In this document: positions 17,530 to 27,393 of the stretch, in pieces
How the letters are laid out: the number at the start of each line of letters is the position of its first letter
Numbering within the stretch: position 1 is the first letter of the stretch
Origin: a virus
Lineage: Duplodnaviria; Caudoviricetes
Strand: one strand, 5' to 3'
DNA length: 64,000 bases
IMG/VR virus record: IMGVR_UViG_3300005546_000011
Location: 6,988 to 70,987 of that record
Notes under the pieces: model-generated
Databases searched by the model: none
What the model saw: the letters and a program-made list of their open reading frames with translations, nothing else
Told to the model about the DNA's origin: nothing
Translations under genes and position numbers: made by a program

Positions 17530-18882
17530 ATGAGCTGGAATCCGGACGCGATCGATCAGGCTGTTGACCAGAAGATGGGCGGAGGCGCCGCCGCTGCCGA
17601 CCCTCCTAACCCAGCGGCCCCGGCCCCCGTGACTGCGCAGCCTGTCGCGCCGGTTCCTGCGCCCGCACCCGCTGTTCAATCCGACCCCGCTCAGCCTGCA
17701 CCGGCTCCCGTTGTTGACGCGCCCGCTCCGGCTCCTGCGGCTCCCGAAGCTCAGCCCGACGCGCCGGCACCCCAGCCCGCTCCCGATGCGCCCGCCGAAG
17801 AGGTAGTCGATGAGGCTGCCTACCGCACGGCCATCGAAAGAGTGGGGGGCTTGGAAGAGCTGGATTGGCTCGAGAAGGTAGGCAAGCCGCTAATCGCGCC
17901 GGTGATCGACGCTGACGGCTTCATGAACGCGGTGGAAGAGAATCGCGGGACGGACGGACTGTCGCGTCTCGCGTGGGGCTTCTTCGACCGCCACATCACG
18001 GATTACGTTGACGAGCTGCTGAGCCCGCGATTCGATCCCAATCAGATTGAGGACCCCACGACGCGGGGGCGTGTCGCTCGAATGCGTGAGGCCGCGCTCG
18101 GCGGCGCTCCAAGACCCGCTGCCCCTGCCGCTGCGCCCGTGACCCCGCCGCCCTCGCGAGCGGACTTGGCGGCAGCGAGCGGCTTGCCAGCGCTCAATCC
18201 CGACGATTACGACGAGCTGCCGAAGCCGATTCTCGACTTCATTGCGGCTGCGCAGGCCCGAGACGGCCAGATCAAAACCATCGAGGAGCGGCTGGCGGAA
18301 CTCGATCGCTACCGTGAACAGGAGCGCGAGCGCCTGCGCCTCGAAAGCCAGACGGCGGTCTGGCAACAAGCCGGGCAACGCGCCCATGCGTTGGCCACCG
18401 AAATCAAGGGCGAGATCGATAAGGAAATTACTGTCGTGTCCTTTTCGACCGCCGTAGATCCTGCCGCCGCCAAGGCTGAGAATGACGACATTACGGCCGA
18501 CATTGAAGCGCGGCTAAACGACTACACCGACACCGACCCGGCGTTCACGAGGCTCTACGATGAGGCTCGCGCCAAGTACATAGCCGGGGACAAGCTGGGC
18601 GCGCGCGAGCAGGTCCGAACGCTGAAGACGCTGGCTCGGACGTTCGTCAAGCAACGCATCGCCGCACGCGGGGGAAAGGTCAAGGCTGCAGTTGCAGCCG
18701 GGGCTCCTCCCGTAACTGCCAACCCTTCACAGCGTGTTGTGATCAGCGGACCAGGCTCCGGGGCTGCTTCGACGATTCCCGCTACGCCACCGCCCGGAAG
18801 CGGCGGTAAGGCGTGGGAGAATCTCGATCAACAGATCGATTCCAAGCTGTCGAAGCTCAACCCCGCGGCACCCGTAGGCTAA
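17530..18882 (+). CDS. Capsid scaffolding-like protein
   Basis: P/A-rich N-terminus, helical coiled coil, located directly before the capsid gene. Confidence 0.65.
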   Translation: MSWNPDAIDQAVDQKMGGGAAAADPPNPAAPAPVTAQPVAPVPAPAPAVQSDPAQPAPAPVVDAPAPAPAAPEAQPDAPAPQPAPDAPAEEVVDEAAYRTAIERVGGLEELDWLEKVGKPLIAPVIDADGFMNAVEENRGTDGLSRLAWGFFDRHITDYVDELLSPRFDPNQIEDPTTRGRVARMREAALGGAPRPAAPAAAPVTPPPSRADLAAASGLPALNPDDYDELPKPILDFIAAAQARDGQIKTIEERLAELDRYREQERERLRLESQTAVWQQAGQRAHALATEIKGEIDKEITVVSFSTAVDPAAAKAENDDITADIEARLNDYTDTDPAFTRLYDEARAKYIAGDKLGAREQVRTLKTLARTFVKQRIAARGGKVKAAVAAGAPPVTANPSQRVVISGPGSGAASTIPATPPPGSGGKAWENLDQQIDSKLSKLNPAAPVG

Positions 18883-18935
18883 GGCTTTTCAGGACCATCA
18901 GGCTGACACCTGACTTCTTTTAGGGGGAATAATCT

Positions 18936-20252
18936 ATGCCACAGTACCTCTACGGGTCCGCTGAGTCACAGGTCGTGGCGCGCGAAATCCTCGACGAGAA
19001 CATGTACAAGCAGTACGAAGAGGAAGCGATGTTCTTCAACATGTTCGACGACGGGAGCGATAAGTTCGTCGGCGATGTTGGCGCTCAGTGGGTAAACGTT
19101 GTTCAGGGGAATCCTGGCATGAAGGGCATGAGCACTTCTGACCGGGCTTTCCATCGCGGTTCGACTTCCAAGCGCGTTCGCTCGAAAGTCACCTTCGCTC
19201 AGTTCGCAATCACCCGCGCCTTCTCGGGACAGGTCCTCCATACGGATATGAAGAGCCTGATCAAGGGTTGGGCTCCGATGATCAAAGAGGACATGAGCAC
19301 CTTCATCAAGCTGCTCAACCTGATGTTCCACGGGGACGGGTCGGGCAAGCTTGCCACTGTCACCGCAGCGCCAGCCGTTACGGCGACGATCACCTTCGAC
19401 CAACCGGTCGGAGCGACGCAGCTTTTGTCTCGCGGGCAGTATCAGATCGTCGATCCGGCTGACGGCACGGCGCACAGCCTGACCATCGCCGCCGTTGCGG
19501 TCACCACACCTTATCTCGTAGGCAAAACCGGCGCGAACATCGGTCTGTTTGCCGACGACGAAGAGGACACGGTGGTCGATAACATCTCCGCCACGTCGAT
19601 CGTGGCCGGGGACATCGCCATCTGGAACGGGACGTACAATAACGTTCCCAAGGGCCTCTGGCACCACTTGGCGACGGGCTCGCGGACTTACCAGAACGTC
19701 TCAACGGCAACGTATCCGCAGTTCAACCCGCCGATCTACGACGCGGGCAACGGGCCGCTTTCGGTTATGTTGATGGACAAGCTCGAAGCCGGGCTTGTGT
19801 ATCGCGCGGGCAAAGAAGAAGTGCTCGAAGGGATGTTCTGGGTTATGGCCCCGACTCAGGTCAACGGGTATCGAAAGCTCGGCTACAACACCCCGGAGGT
19901 CGGGGTTGTGAAGCGGTTCGGCGCGGGCGATCGCGTGCTTGATCTGGGCTTTCCCGTCATCCGGCACAACGGGCGAGTGATCTATCAGGACGTCGATGCC
20001 GATCAGACGCGCGCGGCTCTTATCACAAAGAGCACCTTCCAGCGCTTTGCGGCGAAGGCTCCAAGCGTGGTCAACGACACCGGCGAGTTGCTCAATAAGG
20101 TGTACAACTCCTCGGGTCAGCGCCTGTGGCAGTACACGTTCGACATCAACACCCTGCTCGAGCTCGGCAACACCGAGATTTCGCGCAACGGTGGAATCAT
20201 CAACCTGATCTGGCAAGGTCTCCCGATCAAGGGCGACGTCCAGGGCTTCTAG
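18936..20252 (+). CDS. Major capsid protein
   Basis: 438 aa after scaffold; LNLMFHGDGSGKLATV-type segment seen in HK97-fold capsids; GGGGGA SD. Confidence 0.8.
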   Translation: MPQYLYGSAESQVVAREILDENMYKQYEEEAMFFNMFDDGSDKFVGDVGAQWVNVVQGNPGMKGMSTSDRAFHRGSTSKRVRSKVTFAQFAITRAFSGQVLHTDMKSLIKGWAPMIKEDMSTFIKLLNLMFHGDGSGKLATVTAAPAVTATITFDQPVGATQLLSRGQYQIVDPADGTAHSLTIAAVAVTTPYLVGKTGANIGLFADDEEDTVVDNISATSIVAGDIAIWNGTYNNVPKGLWHHLATGSRTYQNVSTATYPQFNPPIYDAGNGPLSVMLMDKLEAGLVYRAGKEEVLEGMFWVMAPTQVNGYRKLGYNTPEVGVVKRFGAGDRVLDLGFPVIRHNGRVIYQDVDADQTRAALITKSTFQRFAAKAPSVVNDTGELLNKVYNSSGQRLWQYTFDINTLLELGNTEISRNGGIINLIWQGLPIKGDVQGF

Positions 20253-20311
20253 TAACCCGAGCAATGGGGAGCCCGGCTCCCCTCGCTTCTAACGCTATGG
20301 AGGAAACGACG

Positions 20312-20854
20312 ATGAAGACACTTTCGAAAACGAAGCTGGCCTTGCTCGGGATTGTGATGGCGCTTGTGGCTTTGCCCTTTGGCGGACCCACGGCGAGCGC
20401 GCAGACGAGCAAGAGATCCGACTATCTCTTTCCGCTGGCAACGAGGACAGCCACCGCCAACAGCAGATCGATCAACCTCAAAGACAGCCCGGCCAACAAG
20501 GTAATTGCCTACCTGAGCTCCGCGGCGGGTTCAGGTGGAACGGTTACGCTGGACGTAAAGCTTCAGGACTCACCGGACGGTGTGATCTGGGCAGACATCG
20601 CGTCCGGCGCGTTCGCGCAAGTGACCACTTCGGCTGTTAGCTTGAGGCTGGCTCCAGCGGCTGCGGTTGGAAGCTTTATACGCGCGGTAGCAACTCTTGG
20701 CGCGGGTACGAGCTTCGCCTTCCAGGTCTGGATAACGACCTACTTTTCGGCAACCGCGTCTCTGATTCCGGGTCTGCCCGACTTGCCCCGGTGCGACCGG
20801 GACTTGGGCGGTTGGCCTCGGTATGCTGATCAAGCGCTCGCCGCTGCCGCTTAA
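20312..20854 (+). CDS. Capsid-decoration-like beta-sandwich protein with signal peptide
   Basis: GGAGG SD at 20299; MKTLSKTKLALLGIVMALVALPFGGPTASAQ; VKLQDSPDGVIWAD motif; follows MCP. Confidence 0.55.
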   Translation: MKTLSKTKLALLGIVMALVALPFGGPTASAQTSKRSDYLFPLATRTATANSRSINLKDSPANKVIAYLSSAAGSGGTVTLDVKLQDSPDGVIWADIASGAFAQVTTSAVSLRLAPAAAVGSFIRAVATLGAGTSFAFQVWITTYFSATASLIPGLPDLPRCDRDLGGWPRYADQALAAAA

Positions 20855-20928
20855 CGATTTGAAACCCCGAAAGGGCAGGTCGGCTATTGAGAGAATCTAC
20901 ACCGATCTGCCCGCTGCCTTAAGCCCCA

Positions 20929-21870
20929 ATGGTTCAAGAACTCGACACCCTTCTCGACGAACCTTTTACACCCCGCGAAGGTCAGAGATACGCCCCGTTC
21001 ACTTACTATCCTGCGCCCTGCAAGGTGCCGAAGTCATTCAAACGCGAACTGGCAAAGATCGGCGGACGCACCCCGGACGGTCGTCCGGTTCTAGTTTGCC
21101 GTTGGGGGATGGACATTCGTTGGAATCGCGCGGTTCGGGAGACCTCGGGCGAAAGCGTGATGCGGCGTGTGCCCCGTTACGTGATGTCTCGAGATATCGT
21201 GACGCGCGAAGAGCAGACGCCAGCCGGGATATGGTATGTGAAAGAGACGAGCCGCTTTTTCGGCGATCCACACTTCTACATCGAACAGTGGAAACCCGCC
21301 GAGCACTTCACCCCACCAGGAATGAACGTAAGCGAGGCAGAGGAGTACTGGGAGACCAGCATTCGCTATCGATCCGAAGAGACCGACTGGGAACAGGCGC
21401 CGTCGCCGTTCAAACAGTCGGGCGAAATGAAGGACCCGGCCACGTATCGGGCCGAGATGAAGGAGTACACCGAAGCGATGCAGCGCCACCGTGTGCTGCT
21501 CGGCGCCGACGGAAAGGGCAACGTTGTTAGCGGACGCGAAGACGTCATGGGGCCGTTCCCGAGGTCGGGCCGCTACGAGTATCTGACGAAACTGCGGCCC
21601 GCCGGCGCACAGCCCAACGCCGCTTGGCTTGAACTGGTCGCTGAGTGTTACTGGCGGCGAAAACATCGTAAGTTCAGCGACGTGGACGACGAGCTCGACG
21701 ACCTAAACAAAGAGATGGCGGCTCGGAAGTCAGCCTACAACGCCAACAGGATCGGCGAGCTGGAGGATAATCTCTACTCGCACTGGCGAAGCGAGGCTGA
21801 AAAGGGCGAGGCCGCTCGCGTATTTGTCAAAGGCTACGAGCCTGACCAACCCAAAGGAGCAACCGTATGA
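20929..21870 (+). CDS. Hypothetical protein
   Basis: 313-aa protein-like ORF with ATGA coupling to the next gene. Confidence 0.65.
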   Translation: MVQELDTLLDEPFTPREGQRYAPFTYYPAPCKVPKSFKRELAKIGGRTPDGRPVLVCRWGMDIRWNRAVRETSGESVMRRVPRYVMSRDIVTREEQTPAGIWYVKETSRFFGDPHFYIEQWKPAEHFTPPGMNVSEAEEYWETSIRYRSEETDWEQAPSPFKQSGEMKDPATYRAEMKEYTEAMQRHRVLLGADGKGNVVSGREDVMGPFPRSGRYEYLTKLRPAGAQPNAAWLELVAECYWRRKHRKFSDVDDELDDLNKEMAARKSAYNANRIGELEDNLYSHWRSEAEKGEAARVFVKGYEPDQPKGATV

Positions 21871-23036
21871 GCGCAAACGCGCAATCACGATCAGAGGAAG
21901 CCTGGGGGCGCTCGCGCCCCGTACAACAGGAAGTCAACAAGTCGCTGATTCACTATCTGTTTTTGCCCGTCGATCTTTCGGCCGGAAACGTCCCGGGCGG
22001 GGGTCTCGATGTCAGCCACACGGTGATGAACACGGGGCTGCGAATCATCCGCCGCGGCGGATTTACGCTCGTTCAGGACAAGGCGTGGATGAACCCGCGC
22101 GCGCCGATCGGGGGCGATGCGGCAGAAGTCGGCGACGACGAGCGCGAGATGGGCCAGCCCTTCACGGTCGGTAAGCGACAGGAGTCGGCCTTTGCCCAGG
22201 ACATCGCCTATGGCCTTGCGACGCGCACCTATCTCGAGAGCGGGCTGATTGTCGTTGCCCGGCTGACGGGTGTCGATGAACCAGTCGCGCGATGGGTCGA
22301 ACAGGTCCTCTTGCCTCCGAAGGTTGGGGGGATCCTTGAGCTGCATCAGCACCTTGAGCGATTCGACATTGCCAACATGCCGCAGTTTCCGGACGGGATA
22401 CGCTGGCAGGGCTGGCGGATGTCAACCGGAACCGTTCCCGAAGAACTTGTGACCTCGGTTCGCAAGGAGCTGCTCTTGTCGTGCGCGAACGGTGAACGCT
22501 TCCTGCGCGCCTACTACGCGGACCAGCGCTCCGAGATGCAACAGGCGATGGTGCCAGGGGGCCGTGGGGGCCTGTCGAAGGTAACAGATAAGCTACGGCT
22601 GTTCGCCAAGGAGCTGGGGCTTGAAGCGCCGGACGGCCTTGCGGCTCAGGCGGAGCGCGTGCGGGCAGGCTACGAGGCCGCGGCGCCCGTTGCCGCGCAG
22701 TTGCAGTTGCCGCCAGAGCTTAGCCAGGTGCTGACAATGTTGCTTTCTCAGGGCTTCAAGGTAACTCCGCCAGATGCGCCGCAGGACCAGGCTCCGATCG
22801 CGGAGAACTGGACGACCGCCAAGACTTCGGCCTTACCGGAAACGCTGGCGGAAGACCAGAAACCGACCGGCACGCTCCAAACCCCTATTCCGGTCGAAGA
22901 CGAGGACGAAACGCCGTTTGCCGCCAAGTGCGGTGCGCCGAAGACCGATGGCTCGGGGAACTGCACGCAGCCGGCCGGGTCAGGAACCGATCATCCGGGA
23001 ACCGGCCGTTGTCGCTTTCATCCTGAGTCTGAGTAG
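21867..23036 (+). CDS. Hypothetical protein with C-terminal C3H Zn finger like that of TerS
   Basis: CGAPKTDGSGNCTQPAGSGTDHPGTGRCRFH; AAGGAG SD. Confidence 0.7.
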   Translation: MSANAQSRSEEAWGRSRPVQQEVNKSLIHYLFLPVDLSAGNVPGGGLDVSHTVMNTGLRIIRRGGFTLVQDKAWMNPRAPIGGDAAEVGDDEREMGQPFTVGKRQESAFAQDIAYGLATRTYLESGLIVVARLTGVDEPVARWVEQVLLPPKVGGILELHQHLERFDIANMPQFPDGIRWQGWRMSTGTVPEELVTSVRKELLLSCANGERFLRAYYADQRSEMQQAMVPGGRGGLSKVTDKLRLFAKELGLEAPDGLAAQAERVRAGYEAAAPVAAQLQLPPELSQVLTMLLSQGFKVTPPDAPQDQAPIAENWTTAKTSALPETLAEDQKPTGTLQTPIPVEDEDETPFAAKCGAPKTDGSGNCTQPAGSGTDHPGTGRCRFHPESE

Positions 23037-23038
23037 TT

Positions 23039-23779
23039 ATGACGGCTGCGATACTCACCACACGGGGCGCGATCAGCGCAGTGTACGACTGGCTGGGGCG
23101 TCCAGACCAGGCCCAACTCCCGCCCACTGTCGTTTGCACGAAGTACTGGGCGCAGCTCGACCTGATTCAGCAGATGGTCGCCATATCCGATCGCACGATC
23201 TACCTGAAGCAAGCCGAGGTCGCGCTTTCGACCGGCGAACAACAGAAGGACATGGGCGAGATTGAGTTGTTTGGCACGCCGCTGGGACTTGAAACCGTAG
23301 ACCGCGCGACCGGCATCGAGCGAACGACGCCCGTTCCACTGATCGCGGATATGCGCCAGCTTAATAGCCTGCCTGAGCTTGCGGCGGTGCTCTATCGTGA
23401 CGGCTCGACCGGCAATCCCGTGATCAGGTTCAATCAACCGCTTGCGGCTGCGGCTACTTTCCGCGTTTGGTATGACCCCGCGGGCTACGGCAGGCCGGGC
23501 CTGGCCGAGAATGCCTTCCTGCCTTCGCAGGCAATCAACTACGTGGTGATCGAAACCGCTGACGCCTGCACTCCGGACATCAGGAAGATCTACACGCGGG
23601 ACGTTGCCCAAGGGTACGAGCAGAACATCGAGAAGCAGCGCCAGAAGTTCGGCAAGGTCTTCATGAACTGGGCGATGAAAGATCCGGGCGCGGGCTCCAA
23701 ACACCGGCGCGCCTTCAACGAAACTCGCCGCGGGGGTTCTATGCGAAGCGGCAACGGTCCGATCATCGGAGAGGTGTAA
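23039..23779 (+). CDS. Head-tail adaptor-like protein
   Basis: Size, position and helical N-terminus/beta core typical of podovirus adaptors. Confidence 0.5.
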   Translation: MTAAILTTRGAISAVYDWLGRPDQAQLPPTVVCTKYWAQLDLIQQMVAISDRTIYLKQAEVALSTGEQQKDMGEIELFGTPLGLETVDRATGIERTTPVPLIADMRQLNSLPELAAVLYRDGSTGNPVIRFNQPLAAAATFRVWYDPAGYGRPGLAENAFLPSQAINYVVIETADACTPDIRKIYTRDVAQGYEQNIEKQRQKFGKVFMNWAMKDPGAGSKHRRAFNETRRGGSMRSGNGPIIGEV

Positions 23780-23781
23780 CG

Positions 23782-23928
23782 ATGGAAACTAACCGGGGTG
23801 GGAAGCTGAAGACGGTGAAGCGCAAGGCGAAGCCGCGCTCCGAGAAGAAGCCCGGGCGTGAGAAGCCGCGCAGGCAGAGTCCGCCTCCGCCCGAGCAGGG
23901 CGGCACGCGTGAAAACCTGAGGCGCTGA
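23782..23928 (+). CDS. Small basic protein (48 aa, not in the ORF track)
   Basis: GAGG SD; METNRGGKLKTVKRKAKPRSEKK...; TGATG coupling to the next gene. Confidence 0.5.
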   Translation: METNRGGKLKTVKRKAKPRSEKKPGREKPRRQSPPPPEQGGTRENLRR

Positions 23929-24596
23929 TGTCAGCAACAGTCGATTATCTAGTGAAGCAGGCTGCCGTGATTTTGAACGCCTCGACGGGCGCGGGGTCGG
24001 GTGACGCTTCGACTATCGGGGCGATAGATGACCCGAAAAAGTTCCCCTACGCTTTTCTTGCGAACTTCGCGCTCGACGCCGACGCGGAAGTCTGCATGAC
24101 GCTTGGCCAGAGCGACGGCAACCCGCTGCTGCAGAGCCTGACTACGATCTCGGGAGCGCTTGCCGACAATGCGATCATAACTCCCGCTTCGGGCGGCGGC
24201 GTCGTTTACCAGGTGCTCAACGTGCAGGTTGACAGCACGGACGCGATCCGCAGACCGGCCACTTACTTCAAGCGTCTTGCGAGCGACCCGCTTTCGCGCA
24301 CGTCGATCGGGAAGTATTACGACATCGAGGGCGGCCGGATCATCCGTCACAATGGGACGTCGGCCGTCTGCAAGATTGTTCGATTTGCCCAAGGCGCGGC
24401 GCCGCAAGCGCCTGACGAGCTGACGAACGCGACAGTCGCGTGCCTGCTTTCGATGTGCACGCCGAAGATGGACACGTGGATCCAAATGGCCAGCTACTTT
24501 GCGCAGCAGTGGGTTATGCGCGCGCAGATGATTCGCGCGGGCGAGGTGCAGATACCGCCAGTCGTTGCCTATCAGCAGATGGAGCGGGTGGCTTAA
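23928..24596 (+). CDS. Second adaptor/connector-like protein
   Basis: Position and composition only. Confidence 0.45.
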   Translation: MSATVDYLVKQAAVILNASTGAGSGDASTIGAIDDPKKFPYAFLANFALDADAEVCMTLGQSDGNPLLQSLTTISGALADNAIITPASGGGVVYQVLNVQVDSTDAIRRPATYFKRLASDPLSRTSIGKYYDIEGGRIIRHNGTSAVCKIVRFAQGAAPQAPDELTNATVACLLSMCTPKMDTWIQMASYFAQQWVMRAQMIRAGEVQIPPVVAYQQMERVA

Positions 24597-24689
24597 TGAA
24601 CCAGCGAGCGAAAGACAGAAGAGTGGCGGCCGTCGCGTTCGGCTTTGCCGCCGTCGCGGGGCTGATCGCGTGGTTCTGTTCGCCGTAGT

Positions 24690-24710
24690 CACCCCGCAAT
24701 TTGCGGGGTG
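24690..24710. promoter_or_regulatory. Dispersed palindrome copy 4 (longest, CACCCCGCAATTTGCGGGGTG)
   Basis: Perfect 10-bp arms; immediately before the GGAGG SD of the gene at 24722. Confidence 0.65.
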
Positions 24711-24721
24711 GGAGGATTGGG

Positions 24722-25006
24722 ATGGCTTACCGAGACGACCTGAAAAAGAAACCCGTTCGGGTTGGCAGCATTGGCACGATGGACGTGAACGCGAGCGACC
24801 AGATTGGCCCGGATGAGACGGGCGAGATGATGCACAAGTCGGATGCCGCTCGGAATCGCCAGTTGCTGACAAGCCTGCGCGTGAAAGAGATGATCCGGCG
24901 CGGCGAAGAACCCGCCACGGACACCGACGTCGAGGAGGCGGAACGGCAAGGATACTACGACAAGCGCAAGAGCCGCTTTACCAAACCGCAGAAAGGGCGG
25001 AACTAG
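24722..25006 (+). CDS. Hypothetical protein
   Basis: GGAGG SD, ATG. Confidence 0.6.
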   Translation: MAYRDDLKKKPVRVGSIGTMDVNASDQIGPDETGEMMHKSDAARNRQLLTSLRVKEMIRRGEEPATDTDVEEAERQGYYDKRKSRFTKPQKGRN

Positions 25007-25008
25007 CA

Positions 25009-25257
25009 ATGCAAGGACTTGGGCTGCGCGACAAGAACGGTATCGAGCTGCATGCTGGCGACGAAGTCCGCATGGTTTCGTGGCAGGGTCTGGTCCTGGT
25101 TGACCGTGTCCACTACGACCAGGCGAACGCTTGCTGGCTGGTCGGGCCGGTGCGCATTTGCGAGATGCGCCGCGACAAGGGCACGACGCTCGAGGTGCTC
25201 GGTGCTATGGAAGGTTCAAAGCCGGTGAAGAGCCGGAGAAAGGGAAAGGTGCGATGA
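25009..25257 (+). CDS. YopX-like small protein
   Basis: GLRDKNGIELHAGDEV resembles the YopX motif GLKDKNGKEIYEGDI. Confidence 0.55.
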   Translation: MQGLGLRDKNGIELHAGDEVRMVSWQGLVLVDRVHYDQANACWLVGPVRICEMRRDKGTTLEVLGAMEGSKPVKSRRKGKVR

Positions 25258-25820
25258 AGATTAACGTACTGTCAGTTGGGATTCTGTTATTTGCGATCGG
25301 AATTCTGGTAACGGGGCTCGCCTTGGGGCAAGCGGCCGCCACGGCGCAAAAGGCTTATTCTGCGGCTAAGGCTACCCCTCCGCCCGCAAGTGATTCGTCG
25401 GTCACCTGTCCGTACTGCGGCTGTGTGTTCACGAACGATCAAGAAGACGCTGATGCTGACGACGAAGACGCAGACTCCGATGCCGCGCGGCAAGTAGCCG
25501 ACGAAGAGAGGATGCGTAAAGCGGGCACGTCCCTGGGCGACGCCCAGAGTCAGGATACCGAGGAGCCCGTCGATGCCGCCGCCGCGCTACGCGATCAGCT
25601 GCAATCTCACCTGATGCGTATCGTGAACTGCAACGGGAACGGATTCTGGATCACCTGCGAGCACGCGCTCGAGGAGGCGGTCTTGACGCGCAGCGCTGTG
25701 AAGGCCGAGTGGGTGCGCTGTTCCGATCCGAAGACGTGCGGTGATGTTCTCGATGACGAGAAGGCTCATCCGGGAGTACGCCACGTCGGAGAGCGATATA
25801 CGGCGGGACTGGACGAATGA
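25254..25820 (+). CDS. Exported/membrane hypothetical protein
   Basis: MKINVLSVGILLFAIGILVTGLALG hydrophobic N-terminus; CPYC; acidic tract. Confidence 0.55.
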   Translation: MKINVLSVGILLFAIGILVTGLALGQAAATAQKAYSAAKATPPPASDSSVTCPYCGCVFTNDQEDADADDEDADSDAARQVADEERMRKAGTSLGDAQSQDTEEPVDAAAALRDQLQSHLMRIVNCNGNGFWITCEHALEEAVLTRSAVKAEWVRCSDPKTCGDVLDDEKAHPGVRHVGERYTAGLDE

Positions 25821-26113
25821 TGAGACGGAACGTTCTCGCTATAGCTTGCCTTCTTCTATTGGCCGGGTGCGCGCGTTATCAGCGCGTTGCTTGGCCGCTG
25901 CCGTTTCACGCGACGAGCGACGAGGTTCAAGGGTACGCCTGCGAGCATTACCAGATGTGCAGCGGGCACGTCGTACTGGCGCAGGTTGGCGATGATGACG
26001 ACCTTACGATCGTAAGCGACGGACGACTGGGCGCAAAGGCCAAGTGGTGTACTTTTGATTCGGCCGGGTTCAAGCAGTATATCCGCAAGCAGAGAGGTGC
26101 CCCATCACAGTAG
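25817..26113 (+). CDS. Lipoprotein
   Basis: Lipobox LAGC after a hydrophobic stretch. Confidence 0.65.
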   Translation: MMRRNVLAIACLLLLAGCARYQRVAWPLPFHATSDEVQGYACEHYQMCSGHVVLAQVGDDDDLTIVSDGRLGAKAKWCTFDSAGFKQYIRKQRGAPSQ

Positions 26114-26169
26114 ATCAAGCAATCGCCTACATAGAATCGCGGATCGGGCCTCGCGAACAGACCGGCATC

Positions 26170-26679
26170 ATGCCGGAAGAAATCGAGGCGATGATCAACT
26201 CGGCGCGTCACCGGGCCGCGCGTGAGGCGTACAAGGCCGGACATCGCTCACTTGCCGAGAACGTTTACAACCTGACGCTGGGCGCGGCTGACGCGCAGGG
26301 TGTGCAAAAGGCGAGCTTCTCGACCGACACCGATCTGCTGCCTGAATCCATCCCTGTTTGCAACGACATTCAGCACGCGACGGTCAACGCGGCCGTTGGG
26401 CTCGGCTTCGATATCTTGCCGTCCGTGTCGGCCCTGCGGTCGGCGAGATCTGACTCGCTGCTGGCATACGCGGCGGTGGGCGATAAGGGCGTTTACACGC
26501 GTTATCCGGCCGGGGCGCTTGCTGCCGGACCGGGGCTTCTGGTGAGGGCTGTTCAGGTGGCAACGCTTGGGGCGTGGCCCGCGCAGATCGAAGACCGATT
26601 GATCGATGCGCTTCAGGAGCTTGCGGCAGAGCGACAGAAGGCGGAGCCGGTCGAAGCGGTAACAGCGGGGGTGCGCTGA
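26170..26679 (+). CDS. Hypothetical protein
   Basis: ATG ORF abutting the next gene. Confidence 0.55.
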   Translation: MPEEIEAMINSARHRAAREAYKAGHRSLAENVYNLTLGAADAQGVQKASFSTDTDLLPESIPVCNDIQHATVNAAVGLGFDILPSVSALRSARSDSLLAYAAVGDKGVYTRYPAGALAAGPGLLVRAVQVATLGAWPAQIEDRLIDALQELAAERQKAEPVEAVTAGVR

Positions 26680-26680
26680 G

Positions 26681-27181
26681 ATGACACTGCCGGACCTGGT
26701 AGGAAGCGTACGCGACGAGGCGGGCGATTCAGGTATCCCGGCTCGCACGATTGAAATTGCCGCACGGGCGGCGCTTCGCCAGATGTCCGAGGAGCAGGCG
26801 CACGGCCCGCACGCCAAAGACTTCGAGCGAGAGCAGGCGTTGACGCTTGACGCGGACGGGGCTGTGGACGTGCCGGCTGACTTTTTGCCGGGCTACATCA
26901 GCAGGGTGACCAAGGCGGACCTGACGCCGACCGAGCTTGTGATGGTAGCGGGCCGCGCGGCATTCACCTATCAGTTCTGCGCAGAGTTTGGGTTGTTCGC
27001 AGTCGAGCAGGGGAAGATTTGGACGAGCCCGCCGGCCGCAGTTCAGGGGCCGCTTGTGGGTGACATCCTTGCGACCGCGATCGCGATCCCGACGCTTGCG
27101 GCGTTGAAGGACAAATACAAACCGGACCTGGTCAACCTGGTTGTGGGCATCGTGCCAGGCCTGATGAAGGCAAAGGGGTGA
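26681..27181 (+). CDS. Third adaptor/tail-tubular-like protein
   Basis: MTLPDLVGSVRDE N-terminal helix typical of connector proteins; position. Confidence 0.45.
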   Translation: MTLPDLVGSVRDEAGDSGIPARTIEIAARAALRQMSEEQAHGPHAKDFEREQALTLDADGAVDVPADFLPGYISRVTKADLTPTELVMVAGRAAFTYQFCAEFGLFAVEQGKIWTSPPAAVQGPLVGDILATAIAIPTLAALKDKYKPDLVNLVVGIVPGLMKAKG

Positions 27182-27186
27182 TCTAT

Positions 27187-27393
27187 ATGGCAAGGAAGGT
27201 GGAGCCGGTTTACGTCGGCAACAAGAGCACGAAGGAGTTCCATTCGGTAAAGCGGCACAAGCCCGAGTGCAACTTCGACGCTATCACTGCCGATAACCGC
27301 GTTGAATTCAAGCGCGGAAGGGATGCGATCGGCGCAGGGTTCGATGCGTGCGCGCACTGCGCGAAGCACTGGAAGAGTCGTGATAACCGTTGA
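27187..27393 (+). CDS. Ada metal-binding-domain-like protein
   Basis: YVGNKSTKEFH...PEC...VEF...DAIGAGFDACAHC. Confidence 0.7.
   Translation: MARKVEPVYVGNKSTKEFHSVKRHKPECNFDAITADNRVEFKRGRDAIGAGFDACAHCAKHWKSRDNR

Noticed and set aside
20126-20311. Long N-terminal extension of the post-capsid gene
   Set aside because: Overlaps the MCP end; a clear GGAGG SD supports ATG 20312 instead
24690-24710. Palindrome as a solitary type I-E CRISPR repeat mimic (Racr)
   Set aside because: The CCCCGC/GCGGGG stem is similar, but the loop is 5 nt, the conserved repeat flanks are missing, and copies occur in both orientations and inside CDS; a DNA operator is more plausible
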